Source: Bacteroidota bacterium | GTDB taxonomy: Bacteria; Bacteroidota; Bacteroidia; Chitinophagales; Chitinophagaceae | Reading direction: 5' to 3' | DNA: 64,000 bases | NCBI GenBank assembly: GCA_046046935.1 | Contig: JBJOIU010000003.1 | Location: 1,020-65,019 of the forward strand | Shown here: piece after piece, positions 58,791 through 64,000 of the stretch | Position numbering within the stretch: the first letter of the stretch is position 1 | Layout of the letters: each line of letters starts with the position of its first letter | Notes under the pieces: model-generated | What the model was told of the DNA's origin: nothing | Databases searched by the model: none | What the model saw: the letters and a program-made list of their open reading frames with translations, nothing else | Position numbers and translations under genes: made by a program

Positions 58791-60101
58791 TTATAAATTT
58801 GGAAGAGTGTATCCATTATGATACTCCTTGGTGTAATAATTTTTATTGATATTAGCGTCGGTAAATAATTGAGTCTTTGGATCCCAATTTACCTTTTGTC
58901 CAGATCTGTAAGCAATATTACCCATTTGTGCAATGGTTGCAATATGCGCTCCTTCTTCTATTGAACAATGCAAACTATTTGGTTGATTATTTCTAATAGC
59001 GCCAATAAAGTTTTCCCAATGAAGCTCTACGCCACTATCTTCTGATTTGTGTAATGGTACAGCAATTTTATTTTTTGATTGATGCTCTTCAATTACTTCC
59101 CAACCACCACGGTCTAAAACTAAAGTTCCATTGTTGCCAACAAATGCAATACCATGATCTCTTCCATAAGAACCATTGTCTATGCCCATTGCAGAGTCCC
59201 AAACCAAATTAAAATTATCAAATTCATATAAAGCCGTTAAGGTATCAGGTGTTTCTTCTGCTAATTCAGGATAGGCAAATTTTCCACCGAGTGCACTCAC
59301 GCTTTTTGGGTTACCTGCTTTCATTCCTTGAATTGCATAATCTAATAAATGTACACCCCAGTCAGTCATCAAGCCACCTGCATAATCCCAGAACCATCTA
59401 AAATGAAAATGAAATCTACTGGAATTAAAATCACGCATTTGCGCTGGCCCAATCCATCTTGCATAATCTATACCAGCAGGCACTGCTGTATTAGGAACAA
59501 TTGGTTGTGGTCGCATCCATCCTTGGTAACACCAAACTTTGGTTGTTCTAATATTTCCTAATTGTCCAGAATGCACCATATCTAATGCATCTTTAAAATG
59601 TTTTTGACTTCTTTGCCATTGACCCACTTGAACAATGCTATTGTATCTATTCTTTGCAGCAATCATCGTATTGCATTCTCCAATAGAATTACCACATGGT
59701 TTTTCAACATACACATGCTTGCCAGCACTACATGCATCAATCATTTGTAAAGCATGCCAATGATCAGGCGTTCCCACAATCACCACATCAATATCTTTTC
59801 TATCTAAAATACTTCTGTAGTCATTATAAGAATCTACTTTTTTTACGTTGGGTTGTAATGCAAGTAATTCATTTTTTCTAGTAGCTAATACATTGGCATC
59901 AATATCACATAATGCAACTACTTCTACATTTTTTACTTTCAACGCTGCTTTGGTATTAGACCATCCCATACCATTCACTCCAATAGTAGCTACACGAATG
60001 GTATCAGTTCCAAAAATAGAAGCATTACCAAAAAGCGGTTGAGTCAATAAAGCACCAGAAGCTAGTGCAGATTGTTTTAAGAATAAACGTCTGTTTTTCA
60101 T
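58791..60101 (-). CDS. TAT-exported Gfo/Idh/MocA family oxidoreductase
   Basis: Leader NRRLFLKQSALASGALL, Rossmann motif VATIGVNGMG and EKP motif. The track start 60107 is TTG. ATG at 60101 gives MKNRRLFL. Confidence 0.85.
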   Translation of the reverse strand: MKNRRLFLKQSALASGALLTQPLFGNASIFGTDTIRVATIGVNGMGWSNTKAALKVKNVEVVALCDIDANVLATRKNELLALQPNVKKVDSYNDYRSILDRKDIDVVIVGTPDHWHALQMIDACSAGKHVYVEKPCGNSIGECNTMIAAKNRYNSIVQVGQWQRSQKHFKDALDMVHSGQLGNIRTTKVWCYQGWMRPQPIVPNTAVPAGIDYARWIGPAQMRDFNSSRFHFHFRWFWDYAGGLMTDWGVHLLDYAIQGMKAGNPKSVSALGGKFAYPELAEETPDTLTALYEFDNFNLVWDSAMGIDNGSYGRDHGIAFVGNNGTLVLDRGGWEVIEEHQSKNKIAVPLHKSEDSGVELHWENFIGAIRNNQPNSLHCSIEEGAHIATIAQMGNIAYRSGQKVNWDPKTQLFTDANINKNYYTKEYHNGYTLPNL

Positions 60102-60296
60102 AAGCAAGTTTGTACTTAAATATAATCAATTCCCAAGCTAGAAAAGCCTTGATAGTCAGCTTTATTTTTATGCCTATAGGTTATTACGACCATTTATATA
60201 CTGATAATCAAATACTTATGTATTTTTAAAATAATATTTATTATAAGTCTACAAAATTAGTAGACAATATAAATTTTATCCCTATCTTTATGCCTC

Positions 60297-60367
60297 AGTC
60301 ATGTGGCCGAACGGATAGGCAAGGGTCAGCAAAACCCTTAACGATGGTTCAACTCCATCCATGACAG
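60297..60367 (+). tRNA. tRNA-like gene, anticodon GCA (Cys) with non-canonical features
   Basis: Hand-folded cloverleaf. Acceptor 298-303/360-365, D arm GCC/GGC with a GG loop, anticodon stem AGGGT/ACCCT with loop CAGCAAA, and T arm GATGG-TTCAACT-CCATC. Odd features are A at position 33, an A:A pair at 1:72 and G at position 73. Confidence 0.55.
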
Positions 60368-60407
60368 CAACATTTTTTAATGTACATAAGCAAGCAATCG
60401 TTGATTC

Positions 60408-60437
60408 GGGCGGTATTTCTATACTGCCCTTTTTTTA
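60408..60437 (+). terminator. Rho-independent terminator downstream of the tRNA-like gene
   Basis: GGGCGGTAT-ttct-ATACTGCCC (one G:U pair) followed by TTTTTTT. Confidence 0.55.
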
Positions 60438-60461
60438 TTAACTTGTTTGTGAATTGAATCG

Positions 60462-61442
60462 ATGGAAAAAATAAACTGGGGAATTATTGGATGTGGAAAT
60501 GTGACCGAAGTAAAAAGTGGTCCTGCATTTAACAAAGTTGAAAACTCATCTTTGGTTGGTGTTTCTCGTAGAGATAAAGAAAAATTAGCAGATTATGTTA
60601 AGAGACATCAAGTTCTTTTGGGCTTTACCAATTCTTTGGACTTAATTCAATCTGATAAAATCAATGCGATTTATATTGCTACGCCTCCAGATGTAAGAGA
60701 GGCTTATGCAATGAAGGCCATGCAATTGGGTAAGCCTGTTTATTTAGAGAAGCCAATGGCTTTGGATCTAGCCGCTTGCAAAAGATTACAAAAAGCATCA
60801 GAAGAGCTTGGTGTAAAACTATCTGTTGCACATTACAGAAGACATCTCCCTTTATTTCAAGAAGTTAAAAAAATATTAGATCAGGGTATTATTGGTGAAG
60901 TGAAAGAGTTGGGTATAAACATGCTAAAGAAAACCAATCTTGCCGCGAATGATCCTAATAACTGGAGGATTGATCCAAGTATTGCAGGAGGTGGTTATTT
61001 TTATGACTTAGCACCTCATCAAATTGATTTGATATTTTATTTCTTAGGGAATGGTTTGAAATCATATACTGGTAGTTCTAAGAATAAAGCAGGAATATAT
61101 GCCGCAGAAGATTTTGTTGAAGGGGTTATTGAAATGGAGAACGGAATTATTTGTAAGGGTCTATGGGATTTTAGTATAATGGATCAAGAAGAAAAAGACG
61201 AGTTCTTAATAATTGGTACTAAGGGGACAATTCGTTTTCCGGTTTTTGGATTAAGTATAGAACTAGAAGTAAATGGTGTCAAGAATACAATCCAATTTGA
61301 AGCACCTAAACATAATCAACAAAATCATATTCAACAAGTGGTTAACTATTTTTTAGACAAAGGAGAGAACCCATGTTCAGCTGCAGATGCAATTCTATCT
61401 ATGCAGGTAATGGAAGCATTTGTGTATGGCAATAAAATTTAG
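60462..61442 (+). CDS. Cytoplasmic Gfo/Idh/MocA family oxidoreductase
   Basis: N-terminal Rossmann motif WGIIGCGNV with no signal peptide, and EKPM motif. Confidence 0.85.
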   Translation: MEKINWGIIGCGNVTEVKSGPAFNKVENSSLVGVSRRDKEKLADYVKRHQVLLGFTNSLDLIQSDKINAIYIATPPDVREAYAMKAMQLGKPVYLEKPMALDLAACKRLQKASEELGVKLSVAHYRRHLPLFQEVKKILDQGIIGEVKELGINMLKKTNLAANDPNNWRIDPSIAGGGYFYDLAPHQIDLIFYFLGNGLKSYTGSSKNKAGIYAAEDFVEGVIEMENGIICKGLWDFSIMDQEEKDEFLIIGTKGTIRFPVFGLSIELEVNGVKNTIQFEAPKHNQQNHIQQVVNYFLDKGENPCSAADAILSMQVMEAFVYGNKI

Positions 61443-61470
61443 CCTACATTTAATCTATTAATTAATCTTT

Positions 61471-61800
61471 ATGAAAAGATATTGTTTGGCTTTGGATTTA
61501 AAAGATGATCCAGGATTGATTGACTTATATGAAGAGTATCATAAATCTGTTTGGCCAGAAATTATTGATTCTATTAAAGATGCGGGCATTCAACATTTAG
61601 AAATTTATAGAGTATCTAATAGACTATTTATGATCATTGAAGCTACTGATGATTTTAGCTTCGAAGAAAAAGCGAAGATGGATGCAAAAAATGAAATGGT
61701 GCAACAGTGGGAAAAATTAATGTGGGAATACCAGCAATCTTTACCCTGCGCAAAACCTGGAGAAAAATGGGTATTGATGCAAAAAATCTGTAGTATATAA
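61471..61800 (+). CDS. rhaM: L-rhamnose mutarotase family protein
   Basis: About 109 aa. MKRYCLALDLKDDP...YEEYHKSVWPEI... matches the RhaM/DUF718 pattern. Confidence 0.75.
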   Translation: MKRYCLALDLKDDPGLIDLYEEYHKSVWPEIIDSIKDAGIQHLEIYRVSNRLFMIIEATDDFSFEEKAKMDAKNEMVQQWEKLMWEYQQSLPCAKPGEKWVLMQKICSI

Positions 61801-61809
61801 ATATTCTTT

Positions 61810-62574
61810 ATGAAAATAGTAATCAATTGGTTGTTGTTTGTTATTGTCATTGCTACCAACGCATTGGCTAATATATTACCCATCAATGGCTATAACACAG
61901 GACAGATATCTGCTTTCTATCCAAATTATTTTGTACCAGCTGGTTTTACTTTTTCAATTTGGGGAATTATCTATTTATTATTATTGAACTACTCAATTTC
62001 ATTTACCTATTTCACAGTAAGAAAAAATACATTTCCTGAAATTCAAAAATACCTAGATGCAATCACTCCCTATTATTGGGTAACCTGTGTCTTAAATGCT
62101 TCCTGGATTTTAGCTTGGCATTATTTACAAGTATGTGCTAGTGTATTAATAATGTTAGCTTTTTTGTATTGTTTGATTAGAGTGTTTTTAATTATGCAAA
62201 AACAAGCTACAGCAATTAAGCCCTTATATCTTTTTTTATTGAAAACGCCTTTTTCAGTGTATCTCGGTTGGATCAGTGTTGCAACTATTGCGAATATCAC
62301 TGCATTGTTGGTTTCCTTAAAATGGAATGGCTTTGGAGTTGATCCTATTTATTGGACTTTAACAATGATATCTATTGCAATTGTACTTAGTGTATATTTT
62401 GTTACACAGTTTAAAAACATTACTTCACCCTTAGTGGTGGTTTGGGCTTTATGGGGAATTAAAGCTGCACAAGGACCGAAGAGTGAATTGATCAACCAAT
62501 TAACGGTAATTGGAATACTTTTAATAGCTGCACTTATTTCAAGCACAGCTATTAGAAAAGTATTAAGAAAATAA
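61810..62574 (+). CDS. Polytopic membrane protein (TspO/MBR-related, tentative)
   Basis: About 7 TM segments. N-terminal NALANILPINGYNTGQIS...FTFSIWGIIY resembles proteins I recall annotated as tryptophan-rich sensory protein-like. Confidence 0.4.
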   Translation: MKIVINWLLFVIVIATNALANILPINGYNTGQISAFYPNYFVPAGFTFSIWGIIYLLLLNYSISFTYFTVRKNTFPEIQKYLDAITPYYWVTCVLNASWILAWHYLQVCASVLIMLAFLYCLIRVFLIMQKQATAIKPLYLFLLKTPFSVYLGWISVATIANITALLVSLKWNGFGVDPIYWTLTMISIAIVLSVYFVTQFKNITSPLVVVWALWGIKAAQGPKSELINQLTVIGILLIAALISSTAIRKVLRK

Positions 62575-62576
62575 AA

Positions 62577-63062
62577 TTAGTGAGGTAATTTTTCTTTAAA
62601 ATAACCATAAGTCCAAGTGCCAGCAATGGCACTAGCTATTACAACTATGATGGCATAGAATCCTGCACCAATATGTGCATACAAGGGTCCAGGACAAGCA
62701 CCAGTGATAGCCCATCCAAATCCAAATAATAAGCCGCCATATATCTGTCCTTTATTGAATTCTTTTTTTGCAATAACAATCTCTTCGCCGTGAATAGTTT
62801 TAATATTGAATTTCTTAATTAAGAATACTGAAATTGCTCCTACTGCAACAGCAGTGCCAATTACTCCATACATGTGGAAACTTAATAGTCTAAACATTTC
62901 TTGAATTCTAAACCAAGAAATGATTTCTGCTTTCACAAATACAATTCCAAAAACAATACCAACAATAATATATTTAATATTGTACCAAGCTGGGTGTTGT
63001 TGTTCAGATGCATTTACGCATGCAGTATTATTATCGACTTGTTGTACTTTTTCTGTGTTCAT
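62577..63062 (-). CDS. YeeE/YedE family (sulfur-compound transport) half-size protein
   Basis: 4-TM protein with the conserved GACPG motif. Adjacent to its partner half. Confidence 0.8.
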   Translation of the reverse strand: MNTEKVQQVDNNTACVNASEQQHPAWYNIKYIIVGIVFGIVFVKAEIISWFRIQEMFRLLSFHMYGVIGTAVAVGAISVFLIKKFNIKTIHGEEIVIAKKEFNKGQIYGGLLFGFGWAITGACPGPLYAHIGAGFYAIIVVIASAIAGTWTYGYFKEKLPH

Positions 63063-63071
63063 ATAGTTGAA

Positions 63072-63635
63072 TTATAAAGATAAAATTAGAGGTAAGATAA
63101 AATTGGCCATTAAAAAGCCGCCAATCATAAAGCAAATAGTAGCAACTAAAGAAGGCCATTGTAAACTACTTAATCCCATGATTGAATGACCAGAGGTGCA
63201 CCCGCCGGCATATCTTGTACCAAAGCCTACTAAGAAACCACCGCCAATTAACATGATAGCGCCTCTTAAAGTAAATAAAGCTTCAAAGCTAAAAATTTCA
63301 ATAGGCAATAGATTATCATAATTGTTTATGCCATATGTTGACAATGTTTTTCTTAATGTTTCATTGACAATTAAAGGATTTGGGTCTTTTAAATAATGCA
63401 TAGCAATAAATGCACCAATAACAATTCCAATAATAAAAAAGAAGTTCCATGCTTCTTTTTTCCAATCGTATTTAAAGAATTTAATATCTCCAGGGAAACA
63501 TGCTGCGCATACATGTCGCATACTAGAAGAGATGCCAAAACTTTTATTACCTAAAATTAATAAGGCTGGAACGATTAGCCCAATCATTGCACCGGCAATA
63601 TACCATGGCCAAGGTGCTTGCATTTGTTCGATCAT
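63072..63635 (-). CDS. YeeE/YedE family (sulfur-compound transport) half-size protein
   Basis: TM protein with conserved GGCTSGH and an earlier CAACFPG motif. Confidence 0.8.
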   Translation of the reverse strand: MIEQMQAPWPWYIAGAMIGLIVPALLILGNKSFGISSSMRHVCAACFPGDIKFFKYDWKKEAWNFFFIIGIVIGAFIAMHYLKDPNPLIVNETLRKTLSTYGINNYDNLLPIEIFSFEALFTLRGAIMLIGGGFLVGFGTRYAGGCTSGHSIMGLSSLQWPSLVATICFMIGGFLMANFILPLILSL

Positions 63636-63644
63636 ATGTGTGTT

Positions 63645-64000
63645 TTATTTGTTATAAAATTTTTTAATAGGTTTAAATGGACCATATTTATGTTGCTCTG
63701 CTGGGAAATTATCTGCATAAGGGCCAAAAGCAAAATCAATTGGCTTCTTTTCTATTTTAGGCCAATCAGTAGATTGATCTTTATGTGGTCTTGGTTGACT
63801 ATTTACAAAAGCGGCAATATCCCAACATTCTTCGTTGGTTAATTTAGGATTTTGATGAGAGGTTAATTGATAAGGCATATTATTTTTAACATAACCAGCG
63901 AAGTTGCTGATTCTATATAGTCCTGCGCCATCATTATAACTATGTGGACCCCATAATGGAGGATATGCATATTCTTTTTCATCCGGCGCCATCATTCCTT
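63645..64000 (-). CDS. c-type cytochrome, TsdA-like (thiosulfate dehydrogenase family), C-terminal fragment; N-terminus lies beyond the window edge
   Basis: The frame is open to position 64000. PPLWGPHSYNDGAGLYR and NNMPY match the second heme domain of TsdA-type dihaem cytochromes as I recall it. No CxxCH lies inside the window. Confidence 0.5.
   Translation of the reverse strand, partial: GMMAPDEKEYAYPPLWGPHSYNDGAGLYRISNFAGYVKNNMPYQLTSHQNPKLTNEECWDIAAFVNSQPRPHKDQSTDWPKIEKKPIDFAFGPYADNFPAEQHKYGPFKPIKKFYNK

Noticed and set aside
60160-60300. Direct repeat TTTATGCCT (about 60166 and 60287) flanking AT-rich DNA next to the tRNA-like gene, as possible att sites of an integrated element
   Set aside because: The match is only 9 bp in very AT-rich sequence, encloses about 120 bp with no genes, and has no integrase nearby. 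It is most likely chance.
60296-60367. The tRNA-like gene as a selenocysteine tRNA, given a possible 8-bp acceptor and 6-bp anticodon stem
   Set aside because: The anticodon is not UCA, there is no long variable arm (only 4 nt) and the D arm is not the 6-bp/4-nt Sec type. No selA, selB or selD genes and no in-frame TGA candidate genes are seen in the window.
1-64000. CRISPR arrays, transposases, integrases, prophage blocks and rRNA genes
   Set aside because: I found no spaced identical repeats and no recognisable transposase, integrase or recombinase motifs in any long ORF. There is no rRNA-like sequence. The window looks like stable chromosomal backbone.

Overview
This is a 64-kb chromosomal segment of an AT-rich genome (GC not computed). 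I place it in Bacteroidota from one T9SS C-terminal sorting domain, the absence of Shine-Dalgarno-like leaders, and many DUF1080, DUF1501 and Gfo/Idh/MocA genes. It is densely coding, with about 50 CDS. I saw no transposase, integrase, CRISPR array or rRNA. Main content: (i) a proteorhodopsin (DTE motif, Met at the spectral tuning site) followed by a blh retinal-synthesis gene, with a terminator-like hairpin between them. (ii) An 11.7-kb co-directional block (26699-38355) pairing the function-unknown PSCyt1/DUF1549/DUF1553 and DUF1501 proteins with a polytopic cytochrome-c/LRR/discoidin protein, a TAT-exported NHL propeller, an MFS transporter, a TAT-exported Gfo/Idh/MocA oxidoreductase, an FGE-like protein and ApbE. 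This block is my best candidate for an undescribed system. (iii) At least nine twin-arginine (TAT) signal proteins, including periplasmic oxidoreductases, TIM-barrel isomerase/lyase-like proteins, a PLP enzyme and an M24 peptidase. (iv) A dense set of peptidases and amidohydrolases (M14, M20, M20D, M24, GGT, D-aminoacylase). (v) A kinase-aminotransferase fusion, AlkB, a MacAB-like efflux set, GH29 fucosidase, a split YeeE/YedE pair with a partial TsdA-like cytochrome c, and a vWA plus ChlI-like AAA+ pair. (vi) One tRNA-like gene (anticodon GCA) with non-canonical features. All functional calls come from motif recognition by eye, with no database search. Several longest-ORF starts in the supplied track are TTG or GTG and are probably over-extended.
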